Part shown: one piece after another, positions 25,901 to 37,989 of the stretch
How the letters are laid out: every line of letters begins with the position of its first letter
How positions within the stretch are numbered: the first letter of the stretch is position 1
NCBI RefSeq assembly: GCF_000315625.1
Contig: NW_005434659.1
Coordinates: forward strand, 334,770 to 398,769
Direction of reading: 5' to 3'
DNA from: Guillardia theta CCMP2712
Taxonomy: Eukaryota > Protista > Cryptophyta
Length of the DNA stretch: 64,000 bases
The notes under the pieces: model-generated
Database searches by the model: none
Seen by the model: the letters and a program-made list of their open reading frames with translations, nothing else
What the model was told of the DNA's origin: nothing
Program-made: the position numbers and the translations under genes

Positions 25901-26411
25901 GGAAAGTTTCCAGCGACCCTTCTCGGGCACAGCAGTGCAGGGGAGACCATCGCTTGTCCCGGTCCTGGGCGTTTACCGTGGCACCTCCTTGCAGCAGCAG
26001 CCTGACGCACTCCGAGCGGCCTCTGATGGAGGCAAGATGCAGGGGGGTTTCCCCTACGGAGTTGGTGGCGTTCAGCACCAAGTCGACAGCGTCCCGCGCT
26101 CTCTCCGGCTCGTCTTCCATGTCCGAGGCATCCGCAACGAGTGGGTCAGAGGAGGAGGCAGCCTCTATGATGTACTTCACCGCCTCTTCCTTCCCATGCT
26201 CCGCAGCCTTGTGCAGGGCGGTATCCCCCATGCTCCCCCTAAACAAGAGCGGAGTCTTCTTGTTGAACCTGCCATGGCTTCCTGGTGGTCGTCCAACTAC
26301 CACAGGAGGATGAGGATCATCTCGATCGAACAGTCCTCCTCGGTCTCTGTCATGACCCTCCACCTGCTTCCGCAGCTCCTCCACGTCGCCCTCCCCCGCT
26401 GCCAGCAGCAT
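22911..26411 (-). CDS. Ankyrin-repeat + helical solenoid + right-handed beta-helix protein, 1166 aa
   Basis: GDTALHKAA, GETPLHLAS, WSPLHCCA, GSTSLHVSA and GYTALHVAC repeats; TPR/SNAP-like helical middle; C-terminal PbH1-like G(I/V)xV repeats. Confidence 0.85.
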   Translation of the reverse strand: MLLAAGEGDVEELRKQVEGHDRDRGGLFDRDDPHPPVVVGRPPGSHGRFNKKTPLLFRGSMGDTALHKAAEHGKEEAVKYIIEAASSSDPLVADASDMEDEPERARDAVDLVLNATNSVGETPLHLASIRGRSECVRLLLQGGATVNAQDRDKRWSPLHCCAREGSLETFRVLMEYRADPNLQDLTGSTSLHVSARFGTYELLEPLAAAGSVLDFQRPSDGYTALHVACRHSNSMETVRTLLSSRADPTLKSRSGQPAAFLALKFCSEDIFSVVSDSTYRSCILNPDKAGLTRIKEGGNLTVRASFDVCMSRLVSAMSQPGADGLWYHPSNSLLFHFEDPVEELELEVEQGVPCGDWVAPGPLDPEKIESEIAAQSEDAALLLLDKVGLFTSLEDIHRLVLEELDFPSSSIRQANQQWWSARNACLEFDFLESSRCFQRASELMRHFWWGEEAAGWAGELSQKMASFHELRVRLDERMARGGELIRGFEFQDAIQELEGVSELYGTLGHARSCFLSIARLQEAREKRRVQEEARKNLQDARSYVSQRCDMEDYPFSRLMLKEATDCFRTSQELFSSFGDAQSAASCRMQLTATTVQLEKQVRAHELLMEGVQLRKERIRAPVEGYSPSPLYKLGSSIMIRNHKEAAERFGFASQLMADIGDEKIQTMAIELRQHGEKFGRKAEEAAAMLQEGMREKDKYMCETTMQGKIIVFGEKGGGGGGGGGGGGGGGGGGGGGGGRDERCSLPYLRHSIDEDYPLEDVEGRKRLHRLMYKESMETLRASKLLFCEIDDEENAAEAEEREKWAERCVETQSRAWELLLEGQLGILGRRYGDAHHAYEQAAQLLGEIEDAVNGKYARMLCDDAISKRRLAEEGHVKMRRGLETLSRKESFSCWEDVANEGPSCFQTAESLFEEAEKAFEILGDGELRGKAAEYKEEAYERKLHAEEVRDSVAIVVQPTGEFAPRRSDRHRKTMPYTSAEQAIKDAATTGKSSTAHAACEIAEGSMIVLKRGEHKVLDTIQWVRDVSLQSEQAVTAESCILLIEVHSLLEVAARNVRMEQVTMKQLLGDGAEDYWSGGIYVMRTRKGSVELKECVLHSQRGSGVIAAGAGKLLLVSCSIVECGQYGVGADGEEAIVELRDSSISLSKFDDVDERNGGRVVGFVDPA

Positions 26412-26459
26412 TGAATCGCTCCTACCACAAAGGTTTAGCTCTCACAACCTAATCGTATC

Positions 26460-27020
26460 ACATAAGCGCCCGGGCAGTGAGTGCCACCTTTCACTACCGT
26501 ACTGAGTACTACACCGGGCCGCACTGAACCCGGGCCGGTGACCGTCACTAGTAACTAGTAACTTGAAACTGCAGCAGCGGCCCGGGTTCCGAGCCCGGCC
26601 CGGGCCCGCGACTCGGATGATCTGAGGACTGACGGTGACCGTCGGAGATTCATCCGACCGCATGTGACCGCAATGCAAATCAGATGATATGCTCAGTCAC
26701 CGTAAATCCCCAACATGAGACCGTACGGTACGATACCGTAGTACGGCCGCCAGCCGCCGTGACTGTTACACCTCCGAGTCCGTGACCCTGCAGGCTGTGC
26801 GCGGCCACCGTGCCACGGTGCCTCCAGCGGCCCGTGGAGCCGCCCGGCGCTCAGTGGCCACTGGGCCGGGCGGCCCGGTCCTCGATGCGCTGCCGGGCAC
26901 TGTGGCGGGCGGCCGACCGTGTCAGTCAGCACTGGCACAGTACTAGTAGCGGCGGCACGGCCGGGGGGGGGGGCGGGGCCACCGCCGCCGCTAGGCTACC
27001 GGTAATACCGTAGTACCGCA
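26460..27020. repeat. GC palindrome-word island upstream of the ANK gene
   Basis: Same vocabulary as 3320-5180 (accgtacggtacgataccgtagtacgg etc.). Confidence 0.7.
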
Positions 27021-27183
27021 GTGTAATGATGCGGCTATCATGGCATATCGGATGCTTGAGCCCGTCTGGCGGTTAGCTGAGAGCCGCCTGATCAACTTGG
27101 GGTACCGAGATGACACTAGCATGCAAGCATGTAGTTACACATCAAGTTTATATCAGTCAGTCCATCAAGTGATCGGAGGTAAG

Positions 27184-27720
27184 TCATGCGGGAGCTGACG
27201 GTCTAAACCACCACCATGCAGAGTTCTCGTTGGCGCAGGCAGCTTCAACAAACTTCTGCTGAGAGCTGTCGGGAGCGAACTGAATGGCTGCAGGATTGCT
27301 TTGAATGGCTGCCAGCACAACGTCATCGGTTTTCATAGAGTCAGGAAGGATGGAAAGAGCAGCTCCATTGCACTTAACAGCAGCCATGACGACTTCTGGA
27401 TCTTTCAAGAGAGCTGGTGACGCATATGTAAGAGCGAAAGCTTGCTTTGAAACAATGGCCATCACAGTCTCCTTGTCGCTTCTTCTCTCTTCGCTTGCCT
27501 TTGCAAACATCAACTCGTCATTCTGACAAGCTGCAATAACAACATCTTTGTCGTTCTGCAAAGAACTGCTCGCAAGAGTGAATGCAAATCCATTCTGCCT
27601 GGCGGCTGCGAGTACAATCTCTTTGTCGTTTCTAAATCTTTCATCTGCTTTGAGAAGATTGTTCCCATCCTTGGTTACAGCCTCCAACACGTACAAGCGA
27701 TTCGACCAAAGTGATTCCAT
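27184..27720 (-). CDS. DUF4116 repeat protein
   Basis: Repeats of D(K/P)E(I/V)V(L/M)AA(V)xxNGxAL; intronless. Confidence 0.85.
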   Translation of the reverse strand: MESLWSNRLYVLEAVTKDGNNLLKADERFRNDKEIVLAAARQNGFAFTLASSSLQNDKDVVIAACQNDELMFAKASEERRSDKETVMAIVSKQAFALTYASPALLKDPEVVMAAVKCNGAALSILPDSMKTDDVVLAAIQSNPAAIQFAPDSSQQKFVEAACANENSAWWWFRPSAPA

Positions 27721-28469
27721 GGTATTTGCGGCAATCAGTCTTGCCACTTGTCTCTCTCAATACCTTCCCCTTGCTCCTTTCATTCCATCATTGATGACCC
27801 TGCAACATCTCCTCAGATATCAAACAAGATCAATTGTCATCTCTTCGGATTCTTTTGATAAAACATTCTGCTCGACCGATCTCTACCCTACTCATTCCAT
27901 CTTTCCCTGCAAACATCCAAGTTTTCCGGAGGCAAATGCACACAAACATCGATCGAGCAATGTGATTTTTATCCTAGCTTCTACCTTTTGTCGGATATTG
28001 TTATGTTCCTGTCTCGGCGAAGGTAGATCGAGCAACTTCAACTTCTTACCATGAGAGACTTGCTGGGATTCTATCCTTCTCCCATCCTCCTCACCTCCCT
28101 TGCCCATCAAGTCCTTCTCAGCCCTCCACTCCCCTTCTCCTTCTCTCTGCATCGTTCGCTTCCCATGTGCCATGGCTATTCCTCACGATATGCAGCCATG
28201 CCGCAAATACATGGCTTCGGTTACATCAATCGTTGCTACCGATCAGAAAGCTGTAACGGAAATCAACGGTAGGAACCAACGGCAACCGCCCGTTGGGTTG
28301 TGAGGGGTAGGGTACTCGTTGATAGGGTACTTTGAGGACGATTTCGTCAAGTACCGGTGCATTATACTATTATCTAATGGGGTATTTATGACCCCTCATG
28401 GGGTAGTAGGTCAGTTCAAGCACTTGGATAGGGTGGGGTCGAGAGTGAGCATTGGAGTGGAGCGGTGGA

Positions 28470-30605
28470 ATGTCCAAGACGGTGGAGCTCGAGAAGGAGC
28501 TGGCGGAGCTGCACAGCCGGTACAAGCAGGCAGAGGAGGAGAAGGATGGAGCCAAGGTGCTCAAGAAGCAGCGAGCGTCCATCGAGAGGCTGCGGAGGGA
28601 CAACGATCAGCTCAGGAAGGACTTGGATCTTGATAAGGGTATGCGCAGCTCGCAGGTCAGGAGCAAGTCAGCGCTGGATCACCATGCATCCATGTCGTCA
28701 CAGCTCAACAAGCTTCAGGACCAGGCGGAATCTTACACGAAGAGGATCGAGACGGAAAAGAAGAGGATCGAGGAGCTGGACTCGAGCATCAAGGATTTGA
28801 ATGAGAAGGTCCTGGAGCAACGTAAGAAGGTTGGGGGGGCGAATGCGGTCCGGGAAAACAATTTGAAGTCTCAGAAGCACATTCAGCTGCTTGAGAACAG
28901 ACTCGACAAGTCCCTTCTCAAGTTCAACGAGGCTCTCGCAAACAACAAGCAACTGAGGGTCTCACATGTAGTCCGCTTGCAAGTCTTGAACTAACATGTC
29001 TTGGCAGGAATCGATCGACAACCTGAGGAGAGAGAAGCAGGGGTTCGATCAGATCTACAAGAAGCTGGAAAAAGATCTCAACGAAAAGAAAAACGAGATG
29101 CAAAAGATCATAGAGATGTCCAATGTTGCGTATGAAGTGAGGGACAAAGCGCAGCAGGAGATGGCGATGTTGAAGATTCAGGCGGATCGGGAGCAGGCGA
29201 GCTTCGAGGCGGAATGGAAGGAGCTGGGAAAGTTGATCGAGGATGATCGAAAGATGAAGGAGCTGATGCGTCAGAGAGAGAAGGCAGGGATCGGACCCAA
29301 CGGCAAGTTCGAGGACGAGGACAAGCTGAGAAAGAAGATCATGAAAGGAAACTCATCCATCTCCAAGGACAAGGCAGCGCAACAAGCAGCACTGCACAAG
29401 GTCCAGTCGTATGAAGAAGCTTTTGCCAAGATACAAGCATCGACAGGGATCTCAGACATCGACGAGCTGGTTGCGACGTTCATCGAGGCAGAGGACAAGA
29501 ATTTCTCTCTCTTCAACTACGTGAACGAGCTGAATAACGAAGTGGAGAAGCTTGAGGAGCAGATTGCTGATACCAGGATGGAAATTGAAAAGCACAGGGG
29601 GAAAGGACAAAACAACGACAACCAAAGAAAGCAGATCTTGATAGACTTGGAAGACAAGTTGGCAAAGGTGGAGCGACATTGTTTTGTTGCTTTCTTGTGA
29701 AGTTTCCTTATCCCTCGTCGCAGACTGAAGCTAAAGCTGAGCAATTTGAAGCGCGAGCAGCAAAGACTATGCAGACTATGAACATTCTGAAAGAAGGGAT
29801 TCAGGTTCGAGAGAGGCAGAAGGGAGGGAGGGAAGGAGGAAGGGAGCGAAAGAAGGAGGGAGAGAGGGAGGAAAGAAGGGAGGGAGAGAAGGAGGGAGGG
29901 AGGGTTTTATCCTCACACTCTCTGCGCGTCAGGACACTTTCAACAAGATCGGGTGCAACGCCGAGCTCGTGAACGCGGTGATGGGGAACCAGGGAGTGAC
30001 GGAGGGCAATATGATGCAGTACCTGGGCATCATCGAGCAGAGGACCAACGAGATCCTCCAGATGTACACGGCAGCGCAGATGAAGGAGACAGGACACGAC
30101 GAGACCAGCCCGGAGATTCAGGTGACGAAGCTCGCAGCCGCAGGCTCGTACTCCCCTGACATGCCCGGCAGACCAAGTTGGCTGCCATCCTTGGACAGGG
30201 CCCGAAGGTCCCGCTGGGGTCAGGGAAGGTGGAGGTGGTACCTCCTCCTGCCAGCGGGGAGCTAGAGTCGGAGGAGGGCTCGGAGGAGGAGGAGGAGGAC
30301 GAGAGGCCCTTGACGCGGGACGAGCTGAAAGCCAAGACCCTCCGGAGCCTTGCGAAACGAGAGATGATAGACAGAGAAGGTCCATGCTTCCCGTTATCCC
30401 TCCTCCTCCTCCCTCCCTCCTCCTCCCTCCCTCCTCCTCCTTTCTCCCTCCTCCCCTCCCTCCTCCCCTCCCTCCTCCTCCCTCTTCTTCCCCTCCCCCG
30501 TCCCTTTCTCCTTCCTCTACCGTTACCCGCCTCCCGTCTCTCCTCCACTGAACCTTTGTAGATTCAAAGGTCAAGGACGTTTCGACTTCGCACAAGACGC
30601 CATGA
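28470..30605 (+). CDS. ODAD1: Outer dynein arm docking complex subunit DC2 (ODA1/CCDC114/CCDC63 family)
   Basis: LENRLDK...FNEALA.N..LR, AYEVRD.AQ, FIEAEDKNFSLFNYVNELN, MMQYLGIIEQRTNE and RPLTRDEL motifs; canonical introns. Confidence 0.9.
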
Positions 30606-30729
30606 AGGCGGAGGCAGCTGCTGTTTGTGTCATTGTATGTAGATACACCCACCATTCTGTTGCAAGATTTCCTTTGTTGAACAAGAAGAAAAGCGACTGT
30701 AAAAAACATCCCTTGCAGCACGAGTCTTC

Positions 30730-32244
30730 TCAAACTTTCTCGAAGGCTGCGATGAAAAATCCGTTGGTGTCCAAATCATCACAAGGTTCAAATCTCTGCA
30801 CAAACTGTCGCTGCTCATCGTCAAGCCCGCAGCCTGCTCTCCCTGCCGCTGCCCGTTATTCCCCTCCCCTCCTCTCCTCTCCTCTCCTCTCCTCTCCTCT
30901 CCTCTCCTCTCCTCTCCTCTCCTCTCCTCTCCTCTCCCCTCCCCTCCTCTCGTTTCCCCCTCCTTTTCCTGCCAGCCCTCTCCATCCATCCTTCATTCCG
31001 AAGTTCTCCTCTTAATCATCTGCAAATTGTTCCGCCCTTTCCCCATCCACTGCTTTCCTTCTCTTTCCTTCTTCTCCTTCTCCTCCTTTTTCTGCTCCTG
31101 TTTCTGCTCTTCCTCCTTCTTCTCCTTCCCCTCTCCCTTCCTCTGCCTGTCCGATTCTGGTCTACCTGGTTTAGCAACGATGGGAGAGGCTCGCAAGAGC
31201 TTGAGCGGGAGAGCCTTGAGAGCCCAGGCGACGTTACACTCGTTCTCCTCCGGGTTGATGGTGCAAGTGGAGTAAACCAGCCGTCCTCCGGTCTGGAGAA
31301 GTACGAAGGGAATGTAAGGGGATTGAGGAGCAGGAAGAGGAAGGGGGGAGGGGAAGGGGAGAGGAGGATGGGGAGGATGGGGAGGATGGGGTTGAAGCAG
31401 GAGGAGGCAGAAGAGTAGGGGGATCAGCCAAGACTTGTTCAGCAGATGCAGGACGGACCTTTAGAAGTCCAACAGCAACGTGCATCATCCTCCTCTGATA
31501 CGCGGGAGTTCGCTCCATCTCAATGGGAGGGATGTCGACTGCGAGGCGAGGACGGAGCCCCAGCGCTGTACCTGCGAGGACAGTGAGAGGAGGGAAAAGG
31601 CTGGTGGTGGTGGTGGTGATGATGGTGATGGTTATGATGGTGGTGGTGGTGGTACTGACATGGAGGGTCGAGGATAATCCTGTCGAAAAGCTCGTCGAAC
31701 TGAATCTTCTTCTTGACCTCCCCTCCTACTCCTCCTCCACTGGGCTCCACAGCATCAACCTCCAGCTCCTCTGCAGCAGCATGAGAGATTGCAGGAGGGG
31801 AGGTGGGGGAGAGAGGAGGAGGAGGAGGAGGAGGAGGAGGAGGCAAAAGATGGTGGTGGAGGGCAGGCTTACCTGGCAGCGGCACGTTGCCTCCAACAGG
31901 AGGGATGGAGGAGGAGTCTCCTTTGAGGACCCACACGTTCTTAAGCCCAAGGTGCTGCGCGTTCTCGCGGATGACGGCTGCCTGCCATGCCGCCCTCCCC
32001 CTTCAGTTCCCCCGTGCACGCCTCCTCCTCTCATCCCCCTCCTCCTCTCATTCTCTCCCTCCTCCTATCCCCTCCCACCTCTACAGTCTGCCCTGCTGTA
32101 AATATTTCAATCCCATCAAGTGCATTCTCTTTTCATCTTCATCATTATCTCCCTGAACATCCTCTCTATATTCCACCCCTTCCTCCTCATCCGCTCCTTT
32201 TCTCCCTCATCGCACTCATTGCCTCTTCCTGCTCCTGCTCCTCT

Positions 32245-32295
<51 letters not shown>

Positions 32296-33780
32296 ATCTC
32301 ATAGTCTTCACCTTTGCCTGCGTCCGATCGATGGCCGTCACGCTCCCCTCCCCTTGCATGATCGCTGCAGCTGCACGTTCTCCTCCTCAGTCCCCTCCTC
32401 CTCATCCGTAGCGCAACTTCACCGTGCGTCGTCTTCCCTCCCGGCGAGGCACACATATCTAGGATCCTCTCGCCCGGCTGCGGGTCAAGCACATGCCCGA
32501 CTACGATCGAAGGAAAGTTCTGGACGTACATGAGGCCGGGGAGCAGCCCGTTGAGGGGAGGGGCGCGAAAGCTGCAAGGCGCTATGGCGTCAGAGGGAGG
32601 AGGAAGACGATGAGGAAAGCGTTGACAGGAATGAGTAGGAGAGGAAGAACCATGGGAGGAGGGAGGGAGGAGGGAGGAGGGAGTGGAGGGAGTGGAGGGA
32701 GTGGAGGGAGGAGGGAGGAGGGAGGAGGGAGGAGTCTTACATGCATTCTGTCATGATGCAGCCCAGACCTTCCTTGGCGCTCATGGCGACCCTGCGGTCG
32801 ACCTGCATGACTCCCTTGCCGATGACGACGATGCCCTCCGGTAGCTCCGGGAACGAGGCGTCGGATGAGCTGGCGTCAAGGTCAGGAGGGCACATGCTGA
32901 GGTAGGAGGGGACAAGGGGGGTGTCTGGTAAGGGAGGGTGGGAGGGAGGGGGTAGAGATGGGGGCGAGCAGCCGACGAGTGGAGTGCGGAGACCAGGTGG
33001 AGTGGGTGGAGATGGCAGGACGGAAGGGGGAGAGGAGAGGTTGGAGAGGAGGAGGGAGATAGAGAAGAGGGAGAGGAGGGAGAGGCAACGAGCAGAGCAC
33101 AAGGAAGGAGATGTCGGGGACGACAGGGCAGGGCTTCACCGGTTTGTATCGCCGTAGAGGTGAGAGAGCTTGGAGTTGTTCAGCCTGAACTGCTGCTTCT
33201 TCTCATCTGACACCTCATGCATGTGGTTGCTGACGAAGCCTTTCATCCTCTTGGGATCCAGCTTCCTCGTGCTCAGGATGTGCGTGCTCGCCCCCCGCAG
33301 GAACCTGTCCTGCACGTCGCACAGCACTGTCACCACGTCTCCCTTCGCTGTGTGTGGGGAGCATCCCATCATGCCGGGGATGAAGATGTGGGACCCCCGA
33401 AGAACGGCCTCTGCGCACCTCCTCGACACCACTAGCTCCCGCCCCTCTGGAAGTATCTCCCGCGCGTCATGCTCGTCGGGCCGGATCACCACGGCGTCCC
33501 CGATCACTTCATGCACGCGCACCTCGCCGTAGCGGCTGACCCCTGCATGCTCCGAGGGGCCCTCCCTCACCGCAAGCCTCTCCAGCTCCTCTCGCATCCT
33601 CCCCGCCAGCTCCTCGCCCGAGATCCTCACGGTGTTGGCCCGCACGCATGAATGCGCCGGAGGGCGGGCTAGTGCGTTACAGACCCTCTCGAGCTCGTCC
33701 TCCTCGTAGAAACGAAGAAGCGGCTGGCGGACATGGTCTGGGAGGTGCGTCCTCCAAGCAAGAGCCGCCGCATGCGCCAT
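30730..33780 (-). CDS. NSUN6: RNA (tRNA) m5C methyltransferase with PUA domain
   Basis: AEAVLRGSHIFIPG (PUA), QNFPSIVVGHVLDPQPGERILDMCASPGGKTTH, DRIILDPPC, LVYSTCTINPEENE, DTNGFFIAAFEK*. Confidence 0.9.
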
Positions 33781-34454
33781 CACAGGCAGCAGCGCATGCA
33801 GGAGCAACGCGCGGCCTCGTATGATGAGGATACGGCCAATCAAAAACCTGGGGTTGTGAAAGCAGGGAGGCAGGAAAGGGAGAAAGTCAAGGGGTGGAGG
33901 CGGGGGTGGGGGAGCAGGGAGCGAGCGGGGGAGGGATGGAGGTGGAACGCTCGGAGCGGGCAGCTCGAGATCAGGATGGGTCAGGGGAGAGCAGGAGGAG
34001 GAGGGCGAGCAGAGGCGATGGAGAGCAGTAAAGGCGAGGGTGTGGAGGAACAAAACTTGCTAGTGGAAGAGGAGATGCTGGGGAAGTAAACACGTTTTAT
34101 TCGCTATGAATAAGGAGGAGGAGGTTCGTCGGAAGGAAGAGGAGGAGGAGGAAGAGGAATGTCGTCGTCGGCAGCAGGAGCATGTGCGATCTGCACCGAA
34201 CAACCCTCAGTCCTGATGCAGTCGAATAGGAGGATCACGATACCTTCTGGCCTCGGAGCGGAGGAGTTTTCTGCATGAGAGGAGAGGAGAGGATGGGACC
34301 CAAAAAAGCAGGTAGAGATGAAGGAAGAGGAGAGAAGAGGGAGCAAGGGGATGGGGAGGAGAAAGCAGCGCAGAAGAGAAGGGATGGAGGCGGGAGTGGG
34401 AAGAGTCGCAAAGGGAGGAGAGAGGAGAGGGGAGAGGAGGTCAAGAAGATTCAA

Positions 34455-36049
34455 ACCATGTCATGGTATACCTTGGAGGAAGAGCTCTTCTTGGACATAG
34501 AGAACCAGCTGCTGCTTTCCTTCTCCAGGGCAGGAGGTGGAGGCTCTGCCGCTGCGTTGCTCCTACTCTCCTCCTCTGCGGAGCATGCACAGTCAGGTCA
34601 GGTACACGGTGGGCAGCAGGCGGGCAATCACCTGGAAGAGAGCTCGAATCGAGCTTGCTGGCGTACCTTCCAACAGGAGGAGTCAGAGGAGGAGGGAGGG
34701 GGAGGGAGGGAGGGGAGGGGAGGGGATGGGGAGCAGGCCGTAAGAGGAGGGAGGATCACTTCGTCACGAAAGCAACAGCTTGCTGCACTGCCGGTCCTTC
34801 GATGACGGGGTGACGACAGGCCCAACGACCTGGTAGATGACATGAGCTCAGGTCTAGGAAGAAGATGAGAGGAGGAGATATGTAGCGAGAGGAGGAGAGG
34901 AGAAGAGAGAACGGGCGAGGGACGGAAGACGGAAGGGAGCAATGAAAGAAGGGGGGGGTAGCGAGAGGGGTGGGCAGCGGATGGAGAATAAGGTGGGCCA
35001 TTGGACTCGAGCACTGAATTCGGGCAGGATGAGATAAGGATCATGGTAAAGCAGGAGAAAGGCGAGTAGGGAGAGGAGGGGACTTCGGGATAGGAGTTGA
35101 GCCAAGGGAGCTGGGGATGGGAGAGGGAAAGAGAGCTGGAGATGAGAGAGGGAAGGGAAGGGAGCATGGGACGGAAGTTGTGACCGGGAGCTTCTTGATG
35201 AGGTTGAGGAGCGACGGGATGAAGTTTCCAAAGAGGTTCAGGATCCCGAACAGTTCAATCTGGCAACGTCAAGCATGGTCAGCGACACGAGCAACACCAG
35301 CTTGCGCTGCTACCATCACGCCCAGTCGCGCCCGTCCTCTCAGAACAAAGTAGACGCCGAGGAGGAAGATGCTGCAGCAGTACATTATCCAGTGCTGACC
35401 ATGGCGCCTAACAAGCTCCGTCACCTCGTCCCTCGCGCCCTCTCCCAGCGAAACATGAAGTTGGATGCTCGCTTCTTGCCCGCAATGAGAACCTGGCAAG
35501 CTCGCATGAGGAGATCACCTCCTCCACTCCTCGCCAGCATCTCACCACACCCAAGATGGTCGTGAGATTCCCTGTGCCGATCAGGGATCTGTTGAAGAAG
35601 AGCATGAATCCGAGGGTCGAAAGGAGGATCCCCACCGCCACCAGCACGAAACCTGAGCGTCAAGCAAGTCAAAGGTCAGACCATGGGAGCAGGTCGACTA
35701 TGGCAGCAGCATGCATCATGCAGGATTAGATCTCATCACCGTAAATCCTTGTTTTGGTCATGAACTTCTCGCCTATCAACGACTTGGCCACCTCTGGATT
35801 CGAGGCGAGGAAGGAAGCAGATGCCGCGATCCCTTCCCCCCCTCGCAATCTTTCCACGTCATCATAGGCAGCAAGAACACCTCGACCCAGCTCTGCCGAT
35901 CTCGCATGAATCGCCCGACCCTGTGAGGCAAGCGCTGGGCTCGTGCTTGGATGAGGCTTGCCGAAGGGATATTGGACAGGATGGGCAGAAGAAGGGAGGC
36001 AGGCACTGAGATGAGGAGAGAGGAGGGAGAGGAGGAGGGCGAGGATCAT
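34455..36049 (-). CDS. GOT1: Got1/Sft2-family membrane protein with N-terminal signal peptide and LRGG extension (3' end approximate)
   Basis: LGFMLFFNRSLIGTGN, IFLLGVYFVLRG and LFGNFIPSLLNLIKKLP match the Got1 TM pattern; hydrophobic MILALLLSLL N-terminus. Confidence 0.7.
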
Positions 36050-36481
36050 GGTTACGGAGTTTGTCGGCCATGGCGGCATTCGCGACTTCCCATCTGGCGC
36101 GGCATTGAGCCCCGTGCTCTTTTCCCCCACAGCCATCTCCATGGCGAGGGAACGACAGGGTGGGTCCCACCCCATCAATGCCAAGAAGTGGGTAGGGTGT
36201 TTGAATGTTCTCTAGGACCGGTTCTTTTTACTTTAAAAATACCGGTGTGAATTAAAGCATGCGGAATGTGGACGATTTCACAAAAGGGGGTAGGGTGAAC
36301 GTTGGGGGGTGAATCACGGTCATGCTTGGTATGCACAAGGCCAGGAGGAGAGGAGAGGAGGGGAGGAGAAGTTGATTCATCCAATTTACTTACTCAGTTA
36401 CATCTTATGCATACTAAGAATAATCTATGTATAGTGATTGTTCTTCTCTCAAGAACCAGTTTTTCTATGTTTCTATCCCAA

Positions 36482-37405
36482 TCATTCTGATTTCACAGCG
36501 TCGATTGTTTCCTGCTGCACTGAAGGCCGTGTTGATGGACCGAGTGCATCAACGTTCATAGTTCGCTCCCGATCTACTCCTTCCTCACAGGCCTGGGCCT
36601 CAAGCTGGATCTCCGGGACGAAAGGGAGCTCGTCTGAACCCACAAGCTTAGCATCCCCTTTGATCTTCAAATCCGTATCCTCAGATTCGTTCCACTCGCT
36701 CCAAATCGCTGACGTGGGAGAAGCGTCCAGCCCGTTCTCTGCGTCCAGAAAAGAATCGATAACTTGCCCTGGGCAAGTAGATGAAGGGTTTCCAACCCAT
36801 TCTATTTTACATGAGGTGTCCGGATGTTCCTCGTCTGCCCGCTTGCGCTTGCCACAAGTTTTCTCGTGCACCTGGGCACCATTGTGATCATCTTGCCTTG
36901 ACTCTGCATTTGTCAAGTAGAGCGGTCTTTCTAACAAGACGTCCTTCGCCGATAAGCAGCGCTCGATTGTGCTGAGCATGAGAACCTCCAAACGAATCGC
37001 AGATCGGGGAGATAGCGGAGGGGTTTCTGTCTTGTGATGCAGGTCTTGAGATGCCACTCCTTCTGGACTTGATGGGTTCATGAAGCATTTGCCTTCTGGA
37101 AGAATCCCCGTTAACAGCTGCGCTTGGACGGGCGAATCCCTACCGCTGTCTGCAACTTCCTCAGAGCGCTTTCCATGTGTTTCCATGATTTTCAACGCCA
37201 CAACTGGGCCAGAGAATGGAGGGACACTCTCAATCTGTGAATGACGGACGTCGTTTTCGGGGAAATTTTCTGCGTCCAAATCGGAAATCAGATCTTTCAA
37301 TTCTGATACAATCTGCGGTTCCCTGCCTGTAGAACAGCAGTGATCAGAAAATCGAGAAAATAGGTAGCTATCATTCAGAACATAGCCACATAAAGACATG
37401 TTCAA
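36482..37405 (-). CDS. Hypothetical acidic, low-structure protein
   Basis: 307-codon ORF without SSR content; KRKR NLS-like motif; no family recognised. Confidence 0.5.
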   Translation of the reverse strand: MNMSLCGYVLNDSYLFSRFSDHCCSTGREPQIVSELKDLISDLDAENFPENDVRHSQIESVPPFSGPVVALKIMETHGKRSEEVADSGRDSPVQAQLLTGILPEGKCFMNPSSPEGVASQDLHHKTETPPLSPRSAIRLEVLMLSTIERCLSAKDVLLERPLYLTNAESRQDDHNGAQVHEKTCGKRKRADEEHPDTSCKIEWVGNPSSTCPGQVIDSFLDAENGLDASPTSAIWSEWNESEDTDLKIKGDAKLVGSDELPFVPEIQLEAQACEEGVDRERTMNVDALGPSTRPSVQQETIDAVKSE

Positions 37406-37989
37406 GACTATTCCTGTTGGTATACAATAAAGACAACAGGAAAAAATTAATTCTTTGTGCAGAAACGCTCATGGTAAAATATGACAAAATCTCGTTCAAG
37501 TTCATCGTCATCCATCGATGCTCCCAACAGGTTCACATACACAACCCTATACATATTATCCAATAATGACAATGATTTACTCTCTTTTCATACAGTGTAA
37601 CAGATCAGTCCATGAAGGTTTAGACCGGGCAACCGAACCGACCAACAAGCATAACACGAGTTAAAAAAAACATTCTCCCCATACATCGTTTCAATATCAC
37701 CAAAACAATCGTGAATCAAGGTAATCTATGTGTTATGTATTCAGCAAATATGCAAGGATGTCAACTCGCTCATCTTGCATGAATCTGTCCTCTCCACCGC
37801 GCTTGCCACTTGTCTCACCATTGAACGAGTCCACACCCAAGCTCTGTGTGGATATCTTATTTCGGCGGGGTGTCTGGGAGCCGTCGATTTTCACAGTAGC
37901 GGGACCCCATCCTCAATATGTAAGTAAATGCTCTGTACAATAAGAAATATTCCAATAGTATTGTTACTTAATATTATATGACTAATTCA

